From positions 320,001 to 384,000 of the forward strand of contig OZ241362.1 in the NCBI GenBank assembly GCA_965200315.1: a stretch of DNA of 64,000 nucleotides, written 5' to 3'. Both the position numbers and the translations under genes were made by a program. Shown here piece by piece: positions 36,742 to 46,796 of this stretch (position 1 is the stretch's first letter; every line of letters begins with the position of its first letter). This stretch comes from Candidatus Latescibacterota bacterium. Its GTDB lineage: Bacteria > Latescibacterota > UBA2968 > UBA8231. The notes beneath the pieces are model-generated. The model was not told where the DNA came from, searched no databases, and saw nothing but the letters and a program-made list of their open reading frames with translations.

Positions 36742-37195
36742 AGTTTACCACTTCTCCTGAGTCGATGGATGCAATGGCGCGGCGTCCGAGGCGGCGGATG
36801 TCCTCGGCGATGGCGGCATCGCCCAAGGCGGCGTGGTCGCACCAGCGCAATTGCGTGGCTTCGCGGGGATTGACGCGAGCGCGTCCGCTTACTACGCGGC
36901 TAAAGTAAATCAGGTCTATGTGCTGATGGCCCGGTTCGATGTCCTCTAGGAGGATACACGCGGGGCGATGCAAGACGGCGACCTGTCCCCATTGCTCTTG
37001 TCGGCCTAACAACTCAACGGTCAGGCCAGTTTCTTCGCGCACTTCGCGGAGGGCGGCTTCTTCGGGCAGTTCGCCCGGGTCGATGTGCCCGCCCGGGGGC
37101 AGCCAAGCCTGCATTTTCTTGTGCCACAGCAAGAGGGTGGCTCCTTCGTGGACGACAAAGGTCGTCGCCGTAAAGTCGCGGGTAATTGCCGTCAA
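36734..37195 (-). CDS. NUDIX hydrolase
   Basis: WLPPGGHIDPGELPEEAALREVREETGL Nudix box; HQHIDLIY; start approximate (TTG 37195). Confidence 0.9.
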   Translation of the reverse strand: MTAITRDFTATTFVVHEGATLLLWHKKMQAWLPPGGHIDPGELPEEAALREVREETGLTVELLGRQEQWGQVAVLHRPACILLEDIEPGHQHIDLIYFSRVVSGRARVNPREATQLRWCDHAALGDAAIAEDIRRLGRRAIASIDSGEVVNCD

Positions 37196-37378
37196 GGTGT
37201 CCGCTCGTCGCGCTTTTTTGATGAAGAAAAAACAAGGCGTTTGCAGTGCGCTAGAGGTCAATATAGCCGGTCACTTGGTGGAACGAAAGCTCACGATAGC
37301 CCCGCGCTGCATTGACCAGCTTTGCTCGCCAATTATTTTACAAGGCTGAGCTTTGCATTCCTTCAGACTGAGAGAGAT

Positions 37379-38605
37379 ATGGCTACTGAGATCGTCATGC
37401 CCAAATTGGGGCTGACCATGGAAAGCGGCGCAATAAGCGCTTGGTTGGTAGAAGAAGGCCAAGAAGTGCAAAAGGGCCAAGCCCTGTTGGAAATCGCCAC
37501 CGACAAGGTAACGATGGAAGTCGAGGCGCAAGCCGATGGGATTTTGCGCAAAATTCTGGTGCCGGTCGGCGAGGAAGTACCGGTATCGACGACGATCGGC
37601 GTCATCGCCGCCGCCGAAGAAGACATCGGCTCGTATGTCACCGCTGCTCCGAGCGATCCAGCTCCATCGCCAACTACAGCTCCTGCCGCTGCTCTACCGT
37701 CAACTCCGGCTCCACCAACTCCGGCCTCGCCAACCCCGGCCCCTTCTGTTGATTCCGATGGGCGTCGGCCGTATAAGACCTCGCCCAAGGCGCGCAAAAT
37801 AGCTGCCGAGCACAGTCTCGACCTGTCCGGCGTCAGCGGCAGTGGTCCCGGAGGTCGGATCATCAGCGCCGATGTGCTAGCCTTGGTCGAGCAAGCTCAG
37901 ACAGCCCCAGCTCCGGCTCCAGTCCCGGTTTCCGAGGGGCGCATTGAACTGAGCCGAGCCGAGCAAGTGGCGGCCGAGCGGCTGACGGCTAGCTACCAAC
38001 AGATCCCACACATTCACATCAGCATGGACGTGTCGGCCGTGTGGTTGCAGCAATTCCGCACCGGCTACCAGCTAGAGGGCAAGAAAATCTCCTTCAATGA
38101 TCTGATCGTCAAAGCCACGGCCCGCACCCTCAGCGAGTTCCCCCGCGTCAACAGCTTGGCAGAGGGGGGGCATTTCCGCTACGCCTCCCAAATCAACGTC
38201 GGCGTTGCCGTGGCGGCCGAGCAGGGTTTGGTGGTTCCGGTCATTCGCGACGCAGCCAAAAAGACGATCGAGGAAATCTCCTTAGAAGGAACGCGGCTGA
38301 TTGACGCGGCGCGGCGCGGCCAGTTGCATCCCGACGACATGCTGGACGGCACCTTTACCATTTCAAATTTGGGCATGTTCGGCGTCTCTCGCTTTACAGC
38401 GATCATCAATCCCCCCCAAGTGGCGATCTTGGCCGTCGGGGCCGTAGAGAACAGGGTAGTAGCTTCGGGAGCAGACGCATTTGCCGTGCGTCCGCAACTA
38501 ACCTTGACGCTGGCCGCGGATCATCGCGTCGTCGATGGCGCATTGGCCGCCCGTTTCCTCGCGCGACTCAAAGAGGTTCTAGAAACGCCCGGCTTGCTCG
38601 GCTAG
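37379..38605 (+). CDS. Dihydrolipoamide acyltransferase (E2) of a 2-oxoacid/acetoin dehydrogenase
   Basis: Lipoyl domain MPKLG...IATDKVTMEV, Pro/Ala linker, SPKARK..GSGPGGRI binding domain, GTFTISNLG, DHRVVDG. Confidence 0.93.
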   Translation: MATEIVMPKLGLTMESGAISAWLVEEGQEVQKGQALLEIATDKVTMEVEAQADGILRKILVPVGEEVPVSTTIGVIAAAEEDIGSYVTAAPSDPAPSPTTAPAAALPSTPAPPTPASPTPAPSVDSDGRRPYKTSPKARKIAAEHSLDLSGVSGSGPGGRIISADVLALVEQAQTAPAPAPVPVSEGRIELSRAEQVAAERLTASYQQIPHIHISMDVSAVWLQQFRTGYQLEGKKISFNDLIVKATARTLSEFPRVNSLAEGGHFRYASQINVGVAVAAEQGLVVPVIRDAAKKTIEEISLEGTRLIDAARRGQLHPDDMLDGTFTISNLGMFGVSRFTAIINPPQVAILAVGAVENRVVASGADAFAVRPQLTLTLAADHRVVDGALAARFLARLKEVLETPGLLG

Positions 38606-38622
38606 CAGAGCAGCCCTTCACC

Positions 38623-38651
38623 TTGACCCCATCTAGGCCGCCGGTTATCTT
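38623..38651 (+). promoter_or_regulatory. Putative sigma70 promoter of ftsH
   Basis: TTGACC-17 bp-TATCTT. Confidence 0.6.
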
Positions 38652-38729
38652 CAAAGCCGCAAAAGTCAGGCCCTTTTACCCTTTTGTACCGGGGGTAGAA
38701 AAGCGCGTCCTGGCATTGGAAAATAACGC

Positions 38730-40628
38730 ATGAAATTCGAGAAAAAGACTCAGCTTTCCATTGCGTACGCCGTCCTTACGCTGCTCCTGCTCCTGAGCCT
38801 GCAAAATTATTTCGCCAACCAAAACCGAGTTGAAACGTACAGCCAATTCCGGGAGTGGATCAAAAGCGGGCAGGTCATAGAGTGTACCTTTAGCGGCGAG
38901 TTCATCAAGGGGCGCGCCAATGTCGATGGCCAAGAGATTAGCTTTCGCACTGCCGTCATAGACGATCCCGAACTTATCGGCCTACTCGAAGAACACCAAG
39001 TCGAGTTTACCCGCCAACCTAGTAACAATTGGTTCACGCAGCTTTTGTCGTGGATCCTGCCCGCGCTGATCTTCGTGGGGATCTGGCTGTTTATCATCCG
39101 CCGCATGAGCGGAGGGGCCGGTGGTCTGATGTCCGTCGGCAAGAGCAAGGCCAAGGTGTACATGGAGAAGGGGACGGGCATTACCTTCGACGACGTGGCT
39201 GGCATTGAAGAAGCCAAAGAGGAACTGCTGGAGATCGTCGAGTTTTTGCGCACCCCCGAGCGGTTTCAGGCTCTCGGCGGCCGAATTCCACGCGGCGTCT
39301 TGCTCGTGGGGCCGCCGGGTACGGGTAAGACGCTGTTGGCCAAGGCCGTGGCCGGCGAGGCCAGTGTGCCCTTTTTCTCTCTCAGCGGCTCGGATTTTGT
39401 CGAGATGTTCGTCGGGGTAGGGGCTGCGCGCGTGCGCGACCTTTTTGACCAGGCCAAAAAACACGCCCCGGCCATTATCTTCATCGACGAGCTCGACGCC
39501 TTGGGCAAGGCCCGGGGGGCCGGCTCTTTTGGCGGCCACGACGAGCGCGAGCAGACGCTCAACCAGCTCCTCACCGAGCTCGACGGCTTTGATACCAACG
39601 CCGGCGTGATCCTCATGGCGGCGACTAACCGACCGGAAATCCTCGACCCGGCCTTGCTGCGCCCCGGCCGCTTCGATCGCACTGTGGCCGTGGACCGGCC
39701 CGATGTCAAGGGGCGCACCGCCATCCTCCAGATCCACGCCAAGGAAGTCAAGCTGGCCCCAGACGTAGATCTGCACAAACTGGCCGTGCGTACTCCGGGT
39801 TTTGCCGGAGCGGACTTGGCCAATGTCGTCAACGAAGCCGCTCTCTTGGCGGCGCGGCGAGATAAAAATTCCATCACCATGTCCGAGTTGGAGGAGGCAA
39901 TCGAGCGCTCGGTGGCCGGGCTGGAGCGCAAAAGCCGCGTGCTCAACGAGAAGGAGCGCCGGATTGTCGCGTACCACGAGGCTGGCCACGCCATCGTCGG
40001 CGAGATTTTGCCCGAAGCTAATCCGGTGCAGAAGATCTCCATTGTATCGCGGGGCATCGCCGCCTTGGGCTACACGCTGAATATGCCGCTAGAAGACCGC
40101 TATCTAATGACCAAGGAGGAACTGGAAGATTCCTTGGCGGCGATCTTGGGCGGGCGGGCAGCCGAGGAGATCGTCTTTGGCGAAATATCTACCGGCGCGG
40201 CCAACGACTTGCAACAGGCCACGCAAATGGCCGAGCGGATGGTCAAAGAGTTTGGCATGAGCCAGCGCATCGGCTTGGTCGCCCATCGAACGGACCGCTC
40301 GCAACAATTGCTGGGCATGCCCTCGGCTGATCGCGCGTACAGCGACGAGACGGCCAAGCTCATCGACGAAGAAGTCAGGGCCATTATTGACGCCGGATAC
40401 GTGCGAGCCAAGGACCTACTCACCGAGCATCGGCAAGCGATGGAGGGTGTCGTCGAGATACTCTTTGAGAACGAGGTGATGGACGGCGATCAGCTACGGA
40501 ACCTACTCTCAGAGCATGGGATAGCTCTGCCATCTAGACCCAAGCAAGAGGCGTCGTCCGACAGCCTCGCCGCCGAGCCGGAGGCCAACGGCAATGCTCC
40601 GCAGTCGGAAGAGCGCGAGATCTCCTAG
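38730..40628 (+). CDS. ftsH: ATP-dependent zinc metalloprotease FtsH
   Basis: Two TM helices, [40 protein letters not shown]. Confidence 0.97.
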   Translation: MKFEKKTQLSIAYAVLTLLLLLSLQNYFANQNRVETYSQFREWIKSGQVIECTFSGEFIKGRANVDGQEISFRTAVIDDPELIGLLEEHQVEFTRQPSNNWFTQLLSWILPALIFVGIWLFIIRRMSGGAGGLMSVGKSKAKVYMEKGTGITFDDVAGIEEAKEELLEIVEFLRTPERFQALGGRIPRGVLLVGPPGTGKTLLAKAVAGEASVPFFSLSGSDFVEMFVGVGAARVRDLFDQAKKHAPAIIFIDELDALGKARGAGSFGGHDEREQTLNQLLTELDGFDTNAGVILMAATNRPEILDPALLRPGRFDRTVAVDRPDVKGRTAILQIHAKEVKLAPDVDLHKLAVRTPGFAGADLANVVNEAALLAARRDKNSITMSELEEAIERSVAGLERKSRVLNEKERRIVAYHEAGHAIVGEILPEANPVQKISIVSRGIAALGYTLNMPLEDRYLMTKEELEDSLAAILGGRAAEEIVFGEISTGAANDLQQATQMAERMVKEFGMSQRIGLVAHRTDRSQQLLGMPSADRAYSDETAKLIDEEVRAIIDAGYVRAKDLLTEHRQAMEGVVEILFENEVMDGDQLRNLLSEHGIALPSRPKQEASSDSLAAEPEANGNAPQSEEREIS

Positions 40629-41080
40629 CCTACGGCGGCGATGACTTCCAACTCGACGGCCGCTCCGAGTGGCAGGCAGGCGACGCCGATGGCCAAGCGC
40701 GCGTGTATTCCCTTATCTCCAAAGACTGAGGCCAGCAGATCGGAAGCGCCATTCACCACGTTGGCGTGGGCCGAGAAACCGGGTGCCGAGGCTACATATC
40801 CTCCCAAGCGGACAATGGAGACCGCGTCGAGGTCGCCGGTTTCAGCTTTGAGAACGCTCAGGGCGTTGAGGGCGCACAACTTGGCGGCCGCATACCCCGC
40901 TTCGACATCCAAATCCTCGCCCACGATGCCCGCATACTGGAGCTGGCCGGCTAGTAGGGGCAACTGGCCGGAGACGAAGAGCAAAGGGCCGCTTTGCACG
41001 GCGCGGGTATAGGTGCCGGCCGGTTGCGGCGGCGGGGGAAGTTGCAGGTTAAGGTCTCTTAGTTTTTCCTCTACAGACAT
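40625..41080 (-). CDS. RidA/YjgF family protein
   Basis: [37 protein letters not shown]. Confidence 0.9.
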   Translation of the reverse strand: MSVEEKLRDLNLQLPPPPQPAGTYTRAVQSGPLLFVSGQLPLLAGQLQYAGIVGEDLDVEAGYAAAKLCALNALSVLKAETGDLDAVSIVRLGGYVASAPGFSAHANVVNGASDLLASVFGDKGIHARLAIGVACLPLGAAVELEVIAAVG

Positions 41081-41150
41081 GTTGAATCTCCCATGGCTTA
41101 GGGCTGGTTGGCGCTAATATAGGACGCCTGATGACGCCAGCAAGAGAGCG

Positions 41151-42377
41151 ATGCGCAGCATAAAATTCGTCAAAGGGAGCCTTTTGGACCCCTTGAACAA
41201 CGGCGATTTCGTACGCCTATGGCTGGCCAACGGCCTGTGGTGGCTGGCCATGTGGATGGAGATGCTGGCGCTGGGGTGGCTGGCTTTGGAGTTGACAAAT
41301 TCTCCGTGGTGGGTCCAAGTCATCGGCTTTTACCGAGCCATCCCGCTGCTGATTATGGGTTTGTTCGGTGCGGTGATTACCGATCGCTTTAAGCGGCGCT
41401 ACATCGTTTGGACCTTGCAGTTGGTCAATGTGCTGGGGACCGGGCTGTTGGCGCTGTTGCTCTTTTGGGGGCGGCTTGAACTGTGGCATTTGTCGGTGGT
41501 GTCGCTGACATTGGGGGCCTCTTGGGCGCTGGATTGGCCGACCCGGCGCAGCATGGTGCCCGATCTAGTTGGCAAGGCCCGCACGGTCGATGCCATGGTG
41601 CTGGAGAACGTCATTCAAGGGTTTACGCGCATTGCTGGCCCTGTAGCGGCAGGCTATGTCACCGCGGCTTATGGCAGCTTGGGTGCTCTGTTGGTCTTGG
41701 TCGGGCTAGGGATCTTGGCGCTGGTCTTGTTGGCGGGCCTCAAGACAGACTCCAAGGCACCTAGTGCAGGCACGTGGGTGGCGGGGTGGGCCGGGCGGCA
41801 GGGGTGGGCCAGTATGCGGGCTTCTGCGCCGATATTCGGCGTTTTTCTCATCACGATCTTTATGAACGTCTGGGCCTTTCCCTACATGAACCTGTTGCCA
41901 GTTTTCGCGCGCGACGTTTTCGGCCGCGGCCCGGAAGCTATGGGGTGGTTGGGCGCGGCGAGTGGGGGTGGGGCGATTGTGGGCTTGGCTGCGGTCCAGC
42001 TAAGCCGCCGGAAGCTGAGCAACGAATGGCTCTTTGTCGCCGGGTCGTTGCTTGCGTGTACGGGCATCGTCGCCTTTGCCTTGAGCGGGACCTTTGGCCT
42101 CGCCTTGCTAATGCTGTTTTGCTCTGGGTTGGGGCAGGCGGGCTTCAGCATTATGCAGAGCAGTATCATTTTAGTCGAATCTTCGGACGCGATGCGGAGC
42201 CGTGCGATGAGCACCCTAGTCGTGGCCATTGGCGTCGGCCCTTTTGGTCGCTTGCAGAGTGGGGCAATGGCCGAGGCTTGGGGAGCACAAGGCGCGGCGG
42301 GCGTCATGGCACTGTTAGCGGGGATAGGGACTGTGGGAACGGCGGTTTTGGTGCGGGGTTTTCTAGGTAAGAGGTGA
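41151..42377 (+). CDS. MFS transporter (DHA3/MFS_3-like)
   Basis: About 12 TM helices, GAVITDRFKRR motif A, PTRRSMVPDLV, LLPVFARDVF. Confidence 0.88.
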   Translation: MRSIKFVKGSLLDPLNNGDFVRLWLANGLWWLAMWMEMLALGWLALELTNSPWWVQVIGFYRAIPLLIMGLFGAVITDRFKRRYIVWTLQLVNVLGTGLLALLLFWGRLELWHLSVVSLTLGASWALDWPTRRSMVPDLVGKARTVDAMVLENVIQGFTRIAGPVAAGYVTAAYGSLGALLVLVGLGILALVLLAGLKTDSKAPSAGTWVAGWAGRQGWASMRASAPIFGVFLITIFMNVWAFPYMNLLPVFARDVFGRGPEAMGWLGAASGGGAIVGLAAVQLSRRKLSNEWLFVAGSLLACTGIVAFALSGTFGLALLMLFCSGLGQAGFSIMQSSIILVESSDAMRSRAMSTLVVAIGVGPFGRLQSGAMAEAWGAQGAAGVMALLAGIGTVGTAVLVRGFLGKR

Positions 42378-42464
42378 ATATGGACGGATTCCCAATTGTC
42401 CGATTCGGCTGGTATATCTACCTTGCACGTGCGTTGAGCTGACCTCATTAAAGGAGTAGGTACT

Positions 42465-43757
42465 ATGCCCCAATCTTTGTTTAGCGACGCCAGCCAACGG
42501 CTGGAGGAAGCGCTGGCGTACGCGTCCATTTCCGACGATGCCATCGAGCGGCTCAAGTTGCCCAAGTCGAGTTTGAAAGTTTCCATCCCCGTGCGCATGG
42601 ACGACGGCACCTTGCGCATTTTTCCGGGCTACCGGGTGCGCTACGACGACACCAGAGGCCCGACCAAAGGCGGTATTCGCTACCACCAAGCCGTGTCCAT
42701 CGACGAGGTCCAGTCTTTGGCCTTCTGGATGACCTTCAAATGCGCGGTAGCCAATTTGCCCTTTGGTGGCGGCAAAGGCGGCATCACGGTCAACCCCAAG
42801 GAACTGTCCCATTTTGAACTGGAACGACTCAGCCGAGGCTACATCGACGCCGTGGCCGACTTCATCGGCCCAGATGTCGATATTCCGGCACCAGATGTCT
42901 ATACCAATCAGATGATCATGGGCTGGATGGTAGATGAGTACAGCATTATCAAGCGGCAGATCACGCCCGCGGTCATCACCGGCAAGCCTTTGACCATGGG
43001 GGGCAGTCTAGGGCGCGATACGGCGACCGCGATGGGTGCTTTTTTCACCATTGAGGCAACTTGGCCCAAGCTCGGCAATGGCTCGCCGGCCGATACGACT
43101 GTGGCCGTGCAAGGCTTTGGCAATGCCGGGGCCATCATCGCTGAATTGCTCTTCAATGCTGGTTATAAGGTCGTGGCCGTAAGCGACTCTAAGGGAGGCA
43201 TTTATCGGCGCGAAGGACTCGACATCCCCAGCGTGCGCCAGTTCAAGGATTCGACCCGCACCCTCAAGGCGGTGTACTGCGAGGGCACGGTATGCAGCAT
43301 CGTCGAGCACGACACCATCACCAACGAGGAATTGCTCGCGCTCGACGTCGATATTCTAGCTCCGGCGGCCTTGGAAAACCAGATCACCGCGGCCAACGCC
43401 CGCGACATTAAGGCCAAGGCCGTGTACGAGCTGGCCAACGGCCCCACCACGCCGGGCGCCGACGAGATTCTGCACCAGCGGGACGTGATAGTATTTCCCG
43501 ACATCTTGGTCAATGCCGGCGGCGTGACCGTGAGCTATTTTGAATGGGTGCAGAATCGCCAGGGCCTGTATTGGACCTTAGAAGAGGTCAACCAGCAGCT
43601 TAAGCAGAAGATGGTCGAGGAAACCGAGCGCATTTGGGCCATTGCCCAAGAGCAGGGAATCGCGCCGCGCACTGCGGCGTACGTCCACGCCTTGAACCGG
43701 ATTGGCGACGCCGTCCAAGCCAAGGGCACCAAGGATTACTTCACGAGTGGGCCATGA
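42465..43757 (+). CDS. gdhA: Glutamate dehydrogenase (Glu/Leu/Phe/Val dehydrogenase family)
   Basis: GPTKGGIRYH, LPFGGGKGG, DIPAPDV, ITGKP...GGSLGR, VQGFGNAG, NAGGVTVSYFEWVQN. Confidence 0.94.
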   Translation: MPQSLFSDASQRLEEALAYASISDDAIERLKLPKSSLKVSIPVRMDDGTLRIFPGYRVRYDDTRGPTKGGIRYHQAVSIDEVQSLAFWMTFKCAVANLPFGGGKGGITVNPKELSHFELERLSRGYIDAVADFIGPDVDIPAPDVYTNQMIMGWMVDEYSIIKRQITPAVITGKPLTMGGSLGRDTATAMGAFFTIEATWPKLGNGSPADTTVAVQGFGNAGAIIAELLFNAGYKVVAVSDSKGGIYRREGLDIPSVRQFKDSTRTLKAVYCEGTVCSIVEHDTITNEELLALDVDILAPAALENQITAANARDIKAKAVYELANGPTTPGADEILHQRDVIVFPDILVNAGGVTVSYFEWVQNRQGLYWTLEEVNQQLKQKMVEETERIWAIAQEQGIAPRTAAYVHALNRIGDAVQAKGTKDYFTSGP

Positions 43758-43917
43758 CGGCTTAGCATGAATTACTGTTGCACGACTTGGGTTCAATCAC
43801 GCACCCCGCCACTTTCCGATGTAGGTGAGATCGTCCAGCTTGATGGTAAGGCCCTACGACGTTCCTATGATACGGCCTCGACTCGGGGGGGCGCGGCCCC
43901 GCCCCGCACGGCTTAGC
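43757..43917. repeat. 10-bp direct repeat ACGGCTTAGC flanking the ISAs1 remnant
   Basis: Exact copies at 43757-43766 and 43908-43917. Confidence 0.85.
43767..43916 (+). mobile_element. ISAs1-family transposase remnant (49 codons)
   Basis: My translation: MNYCCTTWVQSRTPPLSDVGEIVQLDGKALRRSYDTAS..., matching the ISAs1 motif W...L...G.ii.iDGK.LR.SyD. Not in the supplied ORF track. Confidence 0.7.
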
Positions 43918-43927
43918 TGCCGCTGAA

Positions 43928-43956
43928 TTGACGCTAGGGCGCGCGGCGGCTATATT
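43928..43956 (+). promoter_or_regulatory. Putative sigma70 promoter of the sugar-catabolic operon
   Basis: TTGACG-17 bp-TATATT. Confidence 0.65.
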
Positions 43957-43987
43957 GCGCGGAATTCAGCAAGCTACAGGAGACCCC

Positions 43988-44752
43988 ATGCCTACTTCAG
44001 CGATTGGCGCGCAACTGTTTACAGTGCGTGATTACACCAAAACTTCAGATGACATTCGCCAGACCTTCGCCAAGGTGCGTACCCTCGGCTACGAGGCCGT
44101 GCAAGCCTCGGCCTTGGGGGCGATCGCGCCGGCCGAACTAGCCGCTATAAGCCAAGCCGAAGGGGTGCAGATCGCGGCCACGCACACTAGCTATCAGCGC
44201 ATCTGCGCCGAGCCGCAAGCCGTCGTCGAGGAACACCAGATGTGGGGGTGCCGCCACGTGGCCATCGGCGGCTTGCCCCAAGAATACCGGCACCGCGAGG
44301 GCTTTGTCCGCTTTGCAGCCGAGGCTTCGGCGGCGGCGCGTCCGCTCATCGACGCGGGCCTGACCTTTAGCTACCACAACCACAGCTTTGAGCTGGAGCG
44401 CTTTGCAGGGCGCACGGGGCTGGACATCCTGCGCGAGGAAAGCGATCCAGCCGTTTTTTCCTTTGAAATAGACACCTATTGGATCCAACACGGCGGCGGC
44501 AACCCAGTCTCGTGGTTGGACAAGTTCCGCGACCGCATGCACATCGTCCATCTCAAAGACCTGAGCATGGATGGCGCTAAGCAATGCTTCGCCGAAGTAG
44601 GGGAGGGGAACTTGGAATGGGAGCCTATTCTCACAGCTTGTAAAAGAGCACAGATCGAATGGTACTTGGTCGAACAAGACACCTGCCCGGGCGACCCGTT
44701 TGACAGCTTGGGTCTGAGCCTGCGCAACTTGCGGGCCATGGGCTTGGACTAG
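43988..44752 (+). CDS. Sugar phosphate isomerase/epimerase (IolE/xylose isomerase-like TIM barrel)
   Basis: IGAQLFTVRD, YHNHSFE, EIDTYW, VHLKD, EVGEG, VEQD. Confidence 0.9.
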   Translation: MPTSAIGAQLFTVRDYTKTSDDIRQTFAKVRTLGYEAVQASALGAIAPAELAAISQAEGVQIAATHTSYQRICAEPQAVVEEHQMWGCRHVAIGGLPQEYRHREGFVRFAAEASAAARPLIDAGLTFSYHNHSFELERFAGRTGLDILREESDPAVFSFEIDTYWIQHGGGNPVSWLDKFRDRMHIVHLKDLSMDGAKQCFAEVGEGNLEWEPILTACKRAQIEWYLVEQDTCPGDPFDSLGLSLRNLRAMGLD

Positions 44753-44762
44753 GAGGAAAATC

Positions 44763-45944
44763 ATGCAGGAAATTTTCGTCCCGTGGGCCGCTTGGTACGG
44801 CGAGGCCCCGTTCAAAATGGAGTTTCCCGATCACTGGGAAGTGGCGGTTCACCACATGCGGGGCGGGCCAGACATCGGCGACACTGGCATTCGCCAAGCA
44901 CTGCAAGAGGCCATTGGTGCCCCGCCGCTGCGCGAATTTGCCCGCGGCCGGTCTTCGGCGGCTATCTTGATTGACGACCTGTCGCGCCCCACGCCGGCTT
45001 TTCGGCTCTTGCCCTATGTGCTTGAGGAGTTGGCTGTGGCCGGGATTGAGGCCGACGCCGTAAAGATCATCTGTGCGCTAGCGGCCCACCGCCCGATGAC
45101 CCGCGACGACTTGGTCAAGAAGGTCGGGTTGGACATCGTCGACACCATGCAGGTGCTCAACCACAATGCCTACGAGAACTTGGAATTTATCGGCTACTCT
45201 AGCCGCGGGATCCCGATTTGGGTCAACCGCGATATGACCTCCTGCGAGGTGCGCATCGCCTTGGGGATGATCACGCCACGCGGAGGGATGTTCGGCGGCG
45301 GGGCCAAATTGCTCATCCCCGGTGCATGTGGGCAGCAGACGATTATGCTCAACCACCGCCACGTACACGAAAATTTTCGCGCACACCTGTCCGAGGTGGC
45401 GAAAATGGCGGGGGTGACGTATATCGTCAACCCGCTGCTCAACGAGAACTTGGAGATTTCGGGCTTGGTGGCTGGGGACACGGACGCGGCCTTTGCGCGG
45501 GGCTGCGAGTTAGGGCGCGAGCAATACGCCACCCAAGTGCCCGACTCCTTCGACATTGGCGTATTCAACGCCTTTCCCAAGGATACGGAACTGTGCCAAG
45601 CCGGACTGGCCATGACGCCGTTGAGCGGAACCAAGAAAAACCCCTTCAGCGAAAACTCGACGACTGTCATGTGCTCGGCTAGCCCGGAGGGGCTGGGCTG
45701 GCACTCGGTGTTGGGGCCAGGGACCGCACTGAGGGGAAAGGCCGGGCCGCCTGCCCGGCGCACCATTCTATTTTCGCCTCGGATCAACAAGTGGGATGCA
45801 GCCTCGCTATTTGGCGAGGGGGTTATTTTTTGCAAAACTTGGGCGGCCGTATTGAGCGAATTGGAAAAATACCACGGGGCCAGCGCGAAAGTGTCGGTCT
45901 TTCCGGCAGGTGCGCTACAACGGGCCGCCGACGCCAACTACTAA
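44763..45944 (+). CDS. LarA (lactate racemase)-family protein
   Basis: IDDLSRPTP, ALAAHRPMT, GGGAKLLIPG, NH motifs of the DUF2088/LarA N-terminal domain. Confidence 0.82.
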   Translation: MQEIFVPWAAWYGEAPFKMEFPDHWEVAVHHMRGGPDIGDTGIRQALQEAIGAPPLREFARGRSSAAILIDDLSRPTPAFRLLPYVLEELAVAGIEADAVKIICALAAHRPMTRDDLVKKVGLDIVDTMQVLNHNAYENLEFIGYSSRGIPIWVNRDMTSCEVRIALGMITPRGGMFGGGAKLLIPGACGQQTIMLNHRHVHENFRAHLSEVAKMAGVTYIVNPLLNENLEISGLVAGDTDAAFARGCELGREQYATQVPDSFDIGVFNAFPKDTELCQAGLAMTPLSGTKKNPFSENSTTVMCSASPEGLGWHSVLGPGTALRGKAGPPARRTILFSPRINKWDAASLFGEGVIFCKTWAAVLSELEKYHGASAKVSVFPAGALQRAADANY

Positions 45945-45956
45945 AGAGGAGAAAAA

Positions 45957-46733
45957 ATGCCACCGCTCGCGCGTTTTGGTCTAGAGGGCAAAGTCGTCAT
46001 TGTCACCGGGGCTGGCCGGGGGATTGGCCGGACAATTGCTTTAGAATGCGCCCAGTCGGGCGCGCACGTTGCCGCTGGCAGCCGCACCACGGCCGAGCTG
46101 GAAACGCTGGCCGCAGAGATTGAGGCTGCGGGTGGGACGTGCTTCTATCATAAGCTCGACGTGACGGACGTAAGCTCTATCGAGCGTTTTATGGCCGCGG
46201 TCGTCGCGCACTTCGGGCGGATTGACGTGCTGGTCAACAACGCCGGCTACAACAAGGTCGGCAAAATCCTCGACTACGACGAGAAGCTCTACGACTTGAT
46301 CGTCGATGCCAACCTGAAGAATGTGTTTTTCTGTAGCCAGATTGCCGCGCGGCAGATGATCGCCCAAGGAAGGGGAGGCAATATCATCAATATCTCTTCC
46401 CAAGCTGGCGTGGTCGGCGCACCAGAGCGCGGCCCGTACTCAGGGGCTAAGGGAGGCGTCAACAACCTGACGCGGACTATGGCCGCCGAATGGGCCGAGT
46501 ATCAGATACGGGTCAACGCGGTGGCTCCAACCGTGACCCGCTCGCCACTGGCCGAGACCGCGATGCGGGAAAGCCAAGCCTTCGCCGATGCGGTGAAGAC
46601 CAAAAATTTGCTGCGCGGTGCCTTGGCCGAGCCGGAGGAAATGTCGGCGCCGGTGATCTTTTTAGCATCAGATGCCGCGTCGATGATCACCGGCCATACA
46701 CTGGTCGTGGATGGTGGCTGGACTATCGTCTAG
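45957..46733 (+). CDS. Short-chain dehydrogenase/reductase
   Basis: TGAGRGIG, NNAG, YSGAK, IRVNAVAP, VDGG. Confidence 0.93.
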   Translation: MPPLARFGLEGKVVIVTGAGRGIGRTIALECAQSGAHVAAGSRTTAELETLAAEIEAAGGTCFYHKLDVTDVSSIERFMAAVVAHFGRIDVLVNNAGYNKVGKILDYDEKLYDLIVDANLKNVFFCSQIAARQMIAQGRGGNIINISSQAGVVGAPERGPYSGAKGGVNNLTRTMAAEWAEYQIRVNAVAPTVTRSPLAETAMRESQAFADAVKTKNLLRGALAEPEEMSAPVIFLASDAASMITGHTLVVDGGWTIV

Positions 46734-46796
46734 TATCTCGTTGAATGACAACAGGTTACTAGCTAGTCCTTATGTAATTCCTCAAAGAATTTATGC

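Noticed and set aside
37640-37750. Repetitive CCx/GCx-rich tract (ACTCCGGC repeats)
   Set aside because: Encodes the normal Pro/Ala/Thr linker of the E2 subunit; not a CRISPR array or DNA-level repeat element.
37379-38605. Orphan E2 without E1/E3 genes as a novel system
   Set aside because: Split dehydrogenase-complex genes are common, and all E2 motifs are canonical.
38660-38729. Hairpin in the ftsH leader as a CIRCE element or RNA thermometer
   Set aside because: No TTAGCACTC-N9-GAGTGCTAA match; the stem is imperfect and does not clearly cover an RBS.
38982-40057. Long antisense ORFs (335 and 263 aa) opposite ftsH, and similar ones opposite rny/dxr, msrAB and larA
   Set aside because: Shadow ORFs expected from GC-rich codon bias; no recognisable motifs, and they overlap well-supported genes.
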